DNA from: Candidatus Poribacteria bacterium
Lineage (GTDB): Bacteria > Poribacteria > WGA-4E > WGA-3G
Direction: 5' to 3'
NCBI GenBank assembly: GCA_965205015.1
Contig: OZ242029.1
Coordinates: 4,832,001 to 4,896,000 of the forward strand
DNA: 64,000 nucleotides
The position numbers were made by a program, and so were the translations under genes. A model generated the notes under the pieces. The model ran no database searches and was not told the DNA's origin. It saw only the letters and a program-made list of their open reading frames with translations. Shown here one piece after another: positions 30,865 to 41,200 of this stretch. Within the stretch, counting starts at the first letter, position 1. Each line of letters opens with the position of its first letter.

Positions 30865-33800
30865 CTACTTCTTTACCAGCATTTTTCGGGTAGCAGTGAA
30901 ATCACCAGCGGTGAAGGTGTAGAAATAGATACCGCTCGCTACGGGTTCACCTACGTCATTTCTGCCATCCCAATACGCCGCACGGCTGCGGTTTTGGTAA
31001 ATTCCAGCAGACGTTTGTCCCAACGTCAATGTCCGAACCAATACTCCATTTACAGAATAGATACGCAACGTGACATCTGCGGGTTCCGAGAGTTGATACG
31101 GTATCCACGTCTCTGGATTGAACGGGTTGGGATAGTTCGCAAGCAACACTGTTTTTTCTGGAATCAGCGATGCTAAGAGGCGTCGAAGGTTCACAATGCC
31201 CTCTTGGAAAGCAATAGAACCATCATCTTCAACTTGGGCACGTTCTATCCACGCCTGTATCACCGCAGGCTCCAACTCGCTTATACCATCCACGGTAAGC
31301 ATCGAAGGCGCAGCTGCGGCAGTTGCCCCACCCATGTTCTGGGAGACAAGGATGAGATCCAGGACATTGATAACCCCATCACCATTTAGGTCAACTTCCG
31401 AGTTGGCGGGCACAGTTTTCCCGAAGTGTCGAGCCACCAGCACCAAGTCCAGGATGCTCACCTGACCGTCCCGATTCACATCCCCGGTCCTCTGTTCCCC
31501 CTTTACAGCAATGACGACCTCCTGCGGTCCTGCATCGATGGACTTACCGGTGATAGCAGCGAGTTGAAAATTATCGAGTTTCAACCGCGTGTGTCCAGGG
31601 GCTTTCGCTGTAAATGTTACCGACAATAGCGTGCCAGTGCCGCTAACGCCATCTTCACCGAGTCGCGCTGCACTCAGACCTTTAATCTTACCCAACCGAT
31701 TCTCAATCGTCCCTCTCTGGAAGAAGGTCGCTCCGCCGTCTGTTTTCAGGAAATCGCCTTCATTGACTTCAACGGCTTCAAGCACAGCAGCGTCATAAGC
31801 GATATCAAATTGCCAGCCCGCCAAATTGTAGATATCCTCTGCCCGAATTTCAAGCGTGAAGGTATCGCCGGCATCGATGATAGATTGGGAAAACACGTAT
31901 CCGACACGCGGGTTTAGCACGGTATACTCTGCCTCAGGGTTAAACCCCCAAAAACCGTTCCCCCCCGTTCTTGTTGCTACTAACAAGACATTTACACCCT
32001 CTTTGAGCGTAACAGGAACGAAATGTTGGTAATCTTCACCGCGTGCGCCTTTAAGTTTTTCATGGACCAAAACACCGTTGAGCCACGCTTTACCGCCACC
32101 ATCATTCCCAGCAAACAGCGTTACCTCTTGTTCTCGCGGTGAATACAGGACGACACATCCATAGATAACGCCGGGCACAAAAGGACCTGCTAACACCTCC
32201 TCTGTTAACACCTCCGCAATATTATTCCGCCCCGTAGTCGGTATTTTGTCGGAATACCAGATGTTATCCCCAACAGGGTTACCTTCGATTGCGCCGTTGG
32301 TTGAAACCTTTACTTCTGTCACCGCGCCACCACTCACCTCCGCAAGAAGATCCCTTGCGAGCTGATCATCTGTACCGCCTTTAACATCTGTCTCTGGCAC
32401 CAGCACCCATAACCAGGGTCCCTCTATTTTAGGTCCACCTTGAGGGAAAGCGGGATTGGTGTGATTAATGATCGTTACATCCTCACTGAATCCCTCTAAA
32501 GGCGAAAAGTCGGATATCATATTTCCACCAACGTGTAGCCATGTCAAGTTCTTTAACTTTGCCACGGGTGATACATCCACTATTTTGTTCTCTGAGAGTT
32601 CTAACCATTTCAGATTCGTTAACTTTGCTAAGGGTGATATATCCGATACGGGGTTGCCTGCAACGCGTAAGCGTGTTAATCCCGTCAATTTCGCCACAGG
32701 GGAGACATCCGACACCCCGCCTCCGAGAAGATAGAGTTCTTTCAAATTTTTCGCGCCCGCCAAGGTGGATACATCCGGCTCCCCCCCACAAATATCTATG
32801 ACCTCAAGTTCTATGAGTGGCGATAGGTCGGACACGGGATTTCCCCAAGAATCAAACCTGTTCAGATTGGGCAATCCCGCCAGAGGTGAGAGATCCGATA
32901 TGTTGTTATGACTTACCTTTACGTGTCTAAGATTTTTTAGTCCCGCCAGCGCGGATAAGTCACTTATCTCATTGCCACTGATATCCAAAAGATCCAGTTT
33001 CGGTAATCCCGCTATAGGGGATATGTCGGATATTTGGTTTCCCTGAATTTTTAACCATTCCAAATTTGTTGCAAACTCAAGCCCCGTCAAATCGCGGATG
33101 CCCATTTCTTCAGGAAAAATCCGATGTAACCTCGTCATATCTTCCACTGTAATTGGGGTGTTTGGTGTTTTTCCGAGTTTTTCTTCAATGAACGCACGTA
33201 AATTCGGGTCGGGGAGGTAGACAGATGCCCCAGGGATGCGTTCCGTCTGCGGGTCGACGGAAATCGCCACATCCGGGAAATCCAACGCAAACACGATTTC
33301 ACTAAACTTCGATGTCCATGTATCTCTTTTCATCGTACCATTTTCTAAGACTAACACCCCTAAGCTTTTCAAATTCGCGGAGGCACGAATCTTTTGGAGA
33401 AACGCCTCGGTCTCCAACCCAACGGCGGCAGCGGCATACGCCGCATCGACCGGTCTTTGAAACGCCTCGTGGAATCGATGAACGGGTTCAATCCCACCAA
33501 ACACATCGCCGGTCGCTTTAAGTGCTTGTTTATAGCGATCAGTATCCTCCGCCACGAGTCCCGCCATCGTGGCTTTGTCTGTATAGAGTTGCAACGCTCG
33601 GTCTTTGTTAAATGGGGGGTTTGGGTTCTTCTCAACAACAGTACGCACCTCATCTTCAAACAGCTTCATTCCTTCGGTATGGCAACCGATGCACGAGAGG
33701 CCATTGCGCACAGTCGGATCGCTCGCAGCAAGGTTGCGAACAATCTTTATGGGTGCCGCATCAAGTCGTCTACCACCGGCATCTGCAAGATAGTATGCCT

Positions 33801-34899
33801 GCAAACCATTGGGCAGGTTGAAGATAATCTCGCCACCATCATGGGCGAAAGAGAGTGGATGCGTAAAGATGTTCTGGGTGCCGACACTCCCCGCAAAGTC
33901 GTAACTCTTCCAATACGCACCATACCGAGAGATGTGGCGTTCCACAACGCGGTTGTGATTCGATACACCTGAATCGCTGAAACCCGCACGCCAGACGCGC
34001 TTTCCCGCTGCATTCCGAAGATTTTCAACAACATTTACCTCAAGTCGTTCCTCTAATTCTCGATCGGTTTCAGGGAGCCCCAAAATGTCGTGGTAGAGGG
34101 GCGGCAGTGAAGCATTGGCAAGAAACCAATCGGCATGGATGAACGGCACTTCACAATCCATCTCTTCGCGCAAACTCGTTAGTTTTTCATGTAGATTTGT
34201 CTGGGTCGGGGCATTGAACGCAATGCTATACGGATACACCTGTTCAATCTGTGTCCATCTATTGGTCCCGATCTCCCATTCGTAGTCTCGGAGGTCAATA
34301 TAGAAAATTGTTTCTTCCGGATCAATGGGTTGTGGTTTGATGACCTCGCGTCCCCAAGAGAGGCTATTCACGAGTTTCGAGAGGGCCCGTTGATAGGCGT
34401 GAAGTGCCTCCGCGCTCTCATCTGCATTATAGAGATGCGTCAGCGTGAAATAGCGTGCGAAGGTGCGATTAAACGGTGCCAGCGAGTTGATATGCTTCTC
34501 AATCGTCTCCAGCATTTCTTTGGGTGTAATAAAGTCAGTATCTCGTTCTGGTGTCTGCCAATCCGGTGCGCCTGCTTGAATCCAATTACCAATTGTCAGA
34601 ATCGCGACGGGAGGGAGTTGGGGTTGCCCCAACGGCATCCGTTTCGTTGGATCGTTTACAAGCAACCGCTTATAGAGTTCGGAGTCAATCGGTTTCCCCG
34701 GAACCACTGCGCCAGTTTCTATGAGTGCTGTGTACTCGATAATGATTTCCTCTGTAAATGCGCCGTGTTCCCCATGACAGTTGAGACAACTTTGCTCAAA
34801 AATCGCATACGCCTGCTGGGCGAGATTCTGCTGTGCATCCGCGGTTTGATATCCGAAGATAACCGTGAATATAAGACTAATTTTGATGAAATTCTTCAT
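30865..34899 (-). CDS. Secreted di-heme cytochrome c / LRR / cohesin / dockerin / FlgD-T9SS-like-tail protein (paralog 2)
   Basis: Same architecture as 23535..27602; start set at the MKNFIKISL signal peptide. Confidence 0.85.
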   Translation of the reverse strand: MKNFIKISLIFTVIFGYQTADAQQNLAQQAYAIFEQSCLNCHGEHGAFTEEIIIEYTALIETGAVVPGKPIDSELYKRLLVNDPTKRMPLGQPQLPPVAILTIGNWIQAGAPDWQTPERDTDFITPKEMLETIEKHINSLAPFNRTFARYFTLTHLYNADESAEALHAYQRALSKLVNSLSWGREVIKPQPIDPEETIFYIDLRDYEWEIGTNRWTQIEQVYPYSIAFNAPTQTNLHEKLTSLREEMDCEVPFIHADWFLANASLPPLYHDILGLPETDRELEERLEVNVVENLRNAAGKRVWRAGFSDSGVSNHNRVVERHISRYGAYWKSYDFAGSVGTQNIFTHPLSFAHDGGEIIFNLPNGLQAYYLADAGGRRLDAAPIKIVRNLAASDPTVRNGLSCIGCHTEGMKLFEDEVRTVVEKNPNPPFNKDRALQLYTDKATMAGLVAEDTDRYKQALKATGDVFGGIEPVHRFHEAFQRPVDAAYAAAAVGLETEAFLQKIRASANLKSLGVLVLENGTMKRDTWTSKFSEIVFALDFPDVAISVDPQTERIPGASVYLPDPNLRAFIEEKLGKTPNTPITVEDMTRLHRIFPEEMGIRDLTGLEFATNLEWLKIQGNQISDISPIAGLPKLDLLDISGNEISDLSALAGLKNLRHVKVSHNNISDLSPLAGLPNLNRFDSWGNPVSDLSPLIELEVIDICGGEPDVSTLAGAKNLKELYLLGGGVSDVSPVAKLTGLTRLRVAGNPVSDISPLAKLTNLKWLELSENKIVDVSPVAKLKNLTWLHVGGNMISDFSPLEGFSEDVTIINHTNPAFPQGGPKIEGPWLWVLVPETDVKGGTDDQLARDLLAEVSGGAVTEVKVSTNGAIEGNPVGDNIWYSDKIPTTGRNNIAEVLTEEVLAGPFVPGVIYGCVVLYSPREQEVTLFAGNDGGGKAWLNGVLVHEKLKGARGEDYQHFVPVTLKEGVNVLLVATRTGGNGFWGFNPEAEYTVLNPRVGYVFSQSIIDAGDTFTLEIRAEDIYNLAGWQFDIAYDAAVLEAVEVNEGDFLKTDGGATFFQRGTIENRLGKIKGLSAARLGEDGVSGTGTLLSVTFTAKAPGHTRLKLDNFQLAAITGKSIDAGPQEVVIAVKGEQRTGDVNRDGQVSILDLVLVARHFGKTVPANSEVDLNGDGVINVLDLILVSQNMGGATAAAAPSMLTVDGISELEPAVIQAWIERAQVEDDGSIAFQEGIVNLRRLLASLIPEKTVLLANYPNPFNPETWIPYQLSEPADVTLRIYSVNGVLVRTLTLGQTSAGIYQNRSRAAYWDGRNDVGEPVASGIYFYTFTAGDFTATRKMLVKK

Positions 34900-35055
34900 G
34901 TATCTCTTTTTCCCTTCTTGAAAGAGTGAGCTGGACTCGCGATGCCTTTTGGCTGTCGTTGGACTGTCCAGTTTAAAATTCGGGTTGTTCGTAGTGGTGC
35001 AATTCACGCACCTGGGTGGAAGCGCTAAACCACTTACACGAACCCTACGGACGCC

Positions 35056-35457
35056 TTAATCCGTCAAGACCTTCCAAAGCCAGAGTGCTGCTCCGAGCGA
35101 TACGCCCCAGCCTATTGCTGACCTCTCTATCCGTTGGTTCTTGATGGAGCGTTTGTATTCATCAGTATAGGTGTGAACGTATGTAGCGGACTTGCCTAAC
35201 AGTTGATGACTTGGAACTGTCGGATTATTTACGCTTGCCTAGACGATAGCAAACATCCAGCACCCTGCACCATAAGCGAACCAACGCAAGCCTGCGTCGT
35301 GCCACGCATCGCGTCTGGCATCTTCTTGCGCGTGTTGGATGAGTTGGGCGATCGGATCGTGTGGCTCTGTCATCGCTTCTACTGGGGGTATGAGCATATG
35401 GACGCTGATCAGTATAAGGATTATCATTATTGTGATGCATTTGAAAATGAGGTTCAT
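35056..35457 (-). pseudogene. Homolog of the 18258/18813 family with an in-frame TAG at 35239..35241
   Basis: Reading past the TAG gives ASVNNPTVPSHQLLGKSATYVHTYTDEYKRSIK...LTD*, matching the family motif LIGKxPEYV.AY..AY..K. Confidence 0.7.
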
Positions 35458-35712
35458 AGGTTCTCCTTCATACCGAAAAAAAATCGGGTATGTTCCGTTT
35501 ACGATTTCTCTATTTTCACCCAAGTTGCCAGTTGTAGCATAACCTGTTAGGGTGTGCATCTTAAGCACGCAGACTCACAGTCTACGCTACGAAATACCTC
35601 CGAATCATGAAACCATTTCAATGAAAACGGGGACTGTATCCCTAAAATCTTATGAGTAGCAACTTGGGTTATTTTCAACGAAGCCTGGTGCTTTAAGTCA
35701 AAGGAGTTGTGC

Positions 35713-37962
35713 TCAAAATGCATTTGCGACAACGACTAAGTCCAACACATTAACCGTCCCATCGCCGTTAACATCCGGAGCGTCTTTGCCGAAAGCGTTT
35801 GCGATAATGACTAAATCCAAGATATTGACGATACCATCCCTGTTGAGGTCAGCAACATTGCCAAGGCTTTTCAAGTATATCTCACCGTCTAAATCTGGGA
35901 TTGTGTGAGAATGCCCTTCGATCCCACTTGAAACGCCTATTGTGTTTTCTGATAATTGAATTTGTTGTGCTTTTCCGCTACGGTTATAGACCGCCCAGCC
36001 GTTGGTGAACTCACGAATAAATAAACCTTCTCGGTTGTCGTAAAGCTGCGCTTTTGCTTCCGTGCCGCCGACGGGACGACCAAGCGGGGCATCATAGAAA
36101 TCATACCAATAGTGTTCACTATGTGACCCGCCAAGATAGACCGCACCTGTATTGTAAAGCACATAACCGTCCGAATGCGTGAGCGTGAGTGTCGTAAATA
36201 CGCGCATCCATTTTTGATTCTTTGGGCTATTTGGATGCTCTGTTCCGAGTCCGAAGCCCTCCACACCATTGACATGCGGAGGTCGTAAGTTTGCTTCGTT
36301 CCATAACAGGGCATTTTCCAGCCTCAAAAGGTCCGCGTAATTATAGTATCTACCAGGCTCTCTGACAAACTCTATTTGAGACCCGTTTATAAGTTCCGAA
36401 AGGCTTTCCATTTTTGAAACACCCGCGTTGACGATAATTATGAAATCGTCCGGTGCTTGGGCACGGATTTCACTGAAAATGCGTATAATGGCTGCCTCAA
36501 TTTCTTCAGAAGACGCTTTGAGCCGCTCCTCACGATTATCTATTGAGACAACATGACCCGGACCGCCACCGAAGTTATCAATCATGATACCATCAAAAAG
36601 ACCACAGGATACTATAGCAAGCCCTTGTCTTATCAGAATTTCTTGAACTTCAAGATCCAGGAAGTTAATATAAAGATTGCTGCCGCTACCATATGGGATC
36701 CGATTCCCGTCACTGTCTGTCATCCAATACTTGGGTTCATCTGGAAAGAGATCGCTTGGCTTCGAGGCAAAGAAACCCCACCGATATAAAGACACAAAAT
36801 TGGAGTTACGCCCATGATAATACTTGTGACGCTCCTGCGGCACGCCTTCACCCAATATTATATATGCTCCGAGAGTACTCCGTTCAAAATGTAGTCTGCT
36901 CGTATTTCCGTACTGGATAGCTCCTCCAAGAAGGAGATCGTGGGACGGCACCAATTCGGGATCTGTATAACGGTCCCATAGTGGTATCCCTTCAATCCAG
37001 ATCGGATTTTGGTTTTGATAAACTGAAGGAAAAGATCGTGTTGATATTCGTTCCTCAACAGGGATTATAGAGAATTCAACAGACTCACACAAGGCATCGT
37101 ATCTGAATTCTATTAGATTCAAATTAAGGAATGGTGTAATATCTTCTACCAAAATGTTTTCGATATTGAGATACTTCAAGGCAGGTAAGCTCAGTAATGG
37201 ACTAAAGTCTCGAATAGGGTTGTCTTGAAGCCTGACTTCCACAAGATTCGACAGATTTTCTAAGGCGGATATATCTATGATCTTATTATCGTTAAGACTG
37301 AGCTCCACTAATTCAGTAAAATTTCCCAGTGGCGTTATATCACTAATGTGATTCCTACCTAAATGCAATACTTTTAAGTTGGTAAGTCTTTCAAGCGGTG
37401 ATATATCGGAGATACGATTTACACTCAAGGCGAGTTGCTCAAGTTCAACCAAATTTGCTAATGAAAGTAGATTACTGATCTGGTTTTCGCCAGATTGTAA
37501 ATGCAATACTTTTAAGTTGATAAGTCTTTCAAGGGGGGATATATCGGAAATACGATTCGCACTCAGGTAGAGATTTTCCAAGTTTGTCAGGTTCGCAAGT
37601 GGCGTTATATCTGAGATTCGATTGTTGTGGAGAGATAAACTCGTCAGATTTACCAAATTTGCTAAAGGCTGTAAGTCTTGGATTTGGTTGCGATCCGCAT
37701 TAAACTTTTCTAAAAAAACTGCGTGCTCTAATCCCGTTAGATTATTAACTTTGCTATCACCCGGGACGCTAAGACGTGTTAATAATCTCAAATGTTCTTT
37801 TTTCAGTGGTGTATTATCTGGTAAACCTATCTCTGATCGGAGTGTTTCCCTGATTGCCAGTCGTAAATTCGGATCGGGGAGCCAGTCTTCTGCCAAAAGA
37901 GGACGGGTTACAAGTGGAACACCGAGCAAAACAAAAGCTAAAAGATAGTTTTTTATTTTCAT
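35713..37962 (-). CDS. Secreted LRR / putative glycoside hydrolase (GHL15-like) / dockerin protein
   Basis: Signal MKIKNYLL; LRRs; FDGIMIDNF, FIIIVN and REFTNGWAVYNRSG motifs; two dockerin loops. Confidence 0.75.
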   Translation of the reverse strand: MKIKNYLLAFVLLGVPLVTRPLLAEDWLPDPNLRLAIRETLRSEIGLPDNTPLKKEHLRLLTRLSVPGDSKVNNLTGLEHAVFLEKFNADRNQIQDLQPLANLVNLTSLSLHNNRISDITPLANLTNLENLYLSANRISDISPLERLINLKVLHLQSGENQISNLLSLANLVELEQLALSVNRISDISPLERLTNLKVLHLGRNHISDITPLGNFTELVELSLNDNKIIDISALENLSNLVEVRLQDNPIRDFSPLLSLPALKYLNIENILVEDITPFLNLNLIEFRYDALCESVEFSIIPVEERISTRSFPSVYQNQNPIWIEGIPLWDRYTDPELVPSHDLLLGGAIQYGNTSRLHFERSTLGAYIILGEGVPQERHKYYHGRNSNFVSLYRWGFFASKPSDLFPDEPKYWMTDSDGNRIPYGSGSNLYINFLDLEVQEILIRQGLAIVSCGLFDGIMIDNFGGGPGHVVSIDNREERLKASSEEIEAAIIRIFSEIRAQAPDDFIIIVNAGVSKMESLSELINGSQIEFVREPGRYYNYADLLRLENALLWNEANLRPPHVNGVEGFGLGTEHPNSPKNQKWMRVFTTLTLTHSDGYVLYNTGAVYLGGSHSEHYWYDFYDAPLGRPVGGTEAKAQLYDNREGLFIREFTNGWAVYNRSGKAQQIQLSENTIGVSSGIEGHSHTIPDLDGEIYLKSLGNVADLNRDGIVNILDLVIIANAFGKDAPDVNGDGTVNVLDLVVVANAF

Positions 37963-38248
37963 ACGGATCTCTCCATTTTTGATTAACGGGTTTGCTACCA
38001 AACCATGACATCCATTGACGGTGTGCGTCCATGGGGGAATCGACTTGAAAACCTTGAGGTCTCCCGATGTGATCACGTCTGGGGCGGTGGGATGACCTAC
38101 GTCCGCCTCACAGGGCACTTCGTCTATGTTTTTCTGCTTATAGAAAACGGTAGATGTGATCCTCCGCAAGCCGAAGAAAGTGCTATGTCTAAGAGGGTCC
38201 ACATCAACCCTTTAGTTAGCTTATGGTCAAGCCTATGGTCATTTGATA

Positions 38249-41200
38249 CTATTTCAAAATCAGCATCTTCCGCGTGGCAGAGAAATCCCCAGCTGTGAGT
38301 GTATAGAAATAAACACCACTCGAAACTTTTTCACCGACAGCGTTACAACCGTCCCAATACGCCGCACGACCTCGCGTCTGATACATTCCGGCAGGTTGAT
38401 ACCCTAACGTTATGGTTCGCACGACTTCACCCGCCGCAGAATATATTGTCAGTGTCACCTCACTTGGGTTCGCCAAGTGATACGGTATCCACGTCTCCGG
38501 ATTGAATGGGTTGGGATAGTTCGCAAGCAGCATTGTCTCTTTTGGAATCAGTGATAGCAGCAGTTCTTGAAGTTTTGCGATCCCCTGTCGGAAGGCGATA
38601 GAGCCGTCATCTTCCATTTGTGCACGTTCTATCCATGTCCGTATTATCGCAGGATCCAATCCGTCTATGTCATCCACAGATAACATCGAAGGGGCGGCTA
38701 ACCCGTTTGATCCACCCATATTCTGAGAAACAAGAATGAGATCTAAGATATTCACAATTCCATCGCCATTCACGTCTACTTCAGCGTTCGCAGGTGCAGT
38801 TTCGCCCAAGTGTCGGGCAATAAGGATCATATCAAGAATGCTGACCTGACCATCGCGATTCACATCTCCAATAGTGAGTTGACCTTCTATCGTGATGACA
38901 ATCTCATAAGATTCTGCGGCGATGTGCTCACCTGTAATAGATCCCATTTGGAGGTTATGCAGTCTCAATTTAGCTTCCCCACTCGTTTTCGCTGAGAACG
39001 TCACCGACACGAGGGTCCCTGTTCCTGAGACACCCTTTCCACTAAGGTCCAATGCGTTAATACCTTTGATTTTGCCCGCGGCATTATCAATCGTCCCTTT
39101 CTGAAAGAGGGTGCTGTCGCCCGCCGACTTCAGGAAAGGACCTTCGTTGACTTCAACGGTCTCAAGCACTGCGGCATCAAACAAAATATCAAATTGCCAC
39201 CCTGCTAAATCACTTACATTCTCCGCGTTTAAGTTGACGGTGAAGGTATCACCGATATGAATTGGCGTATCGGGAAAACCATATCCAATACCGGAGTCCG
39301 ACACTATATATTCCGTACCGGTTTCAAATCCAAAAAAACCGTTAGCATGGGAATGGAAAGCGACCAACAAGACATTTTTCCCCGATTGAAGCGTGACTGG
39401 GTAAAAATCCGTGTAATCATTGCCTATCCTGTCGTAATGACCGTGCTGATGAATCAGGGTACCGTTGAACCAGACTTTTAGTTCCTGGCGACTGCCGACA
39501 CCCAGCATTGTTTGTTGTTCGCGTGGCGAATATAGAGACACAACACCATAGATGGTTCCATCTGGAGTGGAGCGTTTTAGCATATCTTCAATACGCCCCG
39601 TATTTGGGAGTTCGTGGGATGTCCAGACGCTACTGCCGATAGACTGTCCCGCTATTGCCCCACGGACGGCAATCTCTGCCTCTGTTACGCTTCCATCACT
39701 CGCCTCCGACAGTAAATCCGACCCACTCTCCAGATCAGCATCTGGCAATAGGACCCATAACCAGGGTCCTGCTATCTTCGGTCCGCCTTTCGGGAACCCT
39801 GGATTGTCGTGCCAAATGAGCGTTATGTTCTGGCGTATCCCATCCAAAGGCGAAAAGTCGGATATATTATTGTTGTTAAGCCTCAGGTAGTCCAAGTGTG
39901 TCAACCCGGCGAGTGGCGATATGTCGGATACATTGTTGCTTCTGAGATCAAGCGTATTTACGTTGGTTAGCTCAGCGAGTGGCGATATATCGGATATCCC
40001 GTTAGCAGCAAGGAGCAGATTCCTCAAATTTGTCAAACCCACCAAAGGCTTAAGATCGGATATAGTTCCACCACAAATGTCTAACTTCTCCAGTTTTGTT
40101 AATCCTGCCAAAGGGGACAAATCGGATATGGGGTTGCCCCAAAACCAAATCCGTCTCAGATTGGTTAATCCTGCCAGGGGTGAAAGGTCGGATATATTCC
40201 CATGCTTAGTGTCTATCACGATCCCGGTTTCCGTTTCGATTTTGCTGATTGCCTCAAATATACCGCCTTGGTTCGCAGCTACATCCTCCAGGCTGTTTAA
40301 TCCGCTGAGTGGCGACAGGTCGGAGACTTGTGTACGATGAAACCAGAACACCTTGAGATTTTTCAGTCCTTTCAAGGGCGATAAATCGGATATGAGAGGC
40401 GTAGAAGCCCCTAACTCGTTGAGATTGATTAATCCTGCAAGCGGTGATAGATTCGATACATGCGTGTTATCAATTACCAATAGCGTGAGATTTATTAGCT
40501 GCTTCAGGGGCGATAAATCAGATACAGGGTTGCCCGTGAGCCAGAGTGTGTGTAATCCGGTTAAACCCGCTATCGGTGAGAGGTCGGAGATCTGATTACC
40601 GTTGAGAGATAAGCGGCTCAGATTGATTGCTGACTGAAGTCCAGTCAAATCTTGGATGCCCTTGTCACGCGCCACAAGTCTGCCCAATCCTTCCATCTCC
40701 TCGATTGTAATTTGGGCGTTTGGTGCCTTTCCGAGTGCCTCCGCAATTGCCGTACGCAGATTCGGATCGGGCATATGAACAGATTCGCCCGGAATACGTT
40801 CCGTTTGCGGATCAACTGGTGTCACAGCACTTTTTGCTGGGAAATCCAGAGCGAAAACGACTTCACTAAACTGACTTGTCCATGTGTCCCGTTTCATCGT
40901 GTCGTTCTCTAACACCAATAAGCCTAAGTTCTGCAACCCCGCATTCTCACGTATCTTTTGGAGAAACACCTCGGTTTCCAAACCGACCGCTGCAGCAGCA
41001 TGCGCCGCATCAAGCGGTCTCTGAAATGCTTCGTGGAACCGTTGAACGGGTTCAATCCCACCAAATACACCGCCTGTCGCTTCAAGTGCCTGTCGATACC
41101 GAGCGGTATCTTCGCCCACCAAACGATCCATAGTGGCTTTATCAGTATAGAGCTGTAATGCTCTTTCCTTGTTAAAAGGCGGATTCGCGTTCCGTTGAAT

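Noticed and set aside
35239-35241. Pyrrolysine or genome-wide TAG recoding
   Set aside because: TAG terminates many normal genes here (e.g. thyA, folA, nagA) and no pyl genes are present.
37963-38202. Extended N-termini of ORF-track calls (also 34900..35007, 48603..48713, 50100..50171, 59912..59968)
   Set aside because: Downstream starts have SD sequences and signal peptides or the conserved N-terminus.
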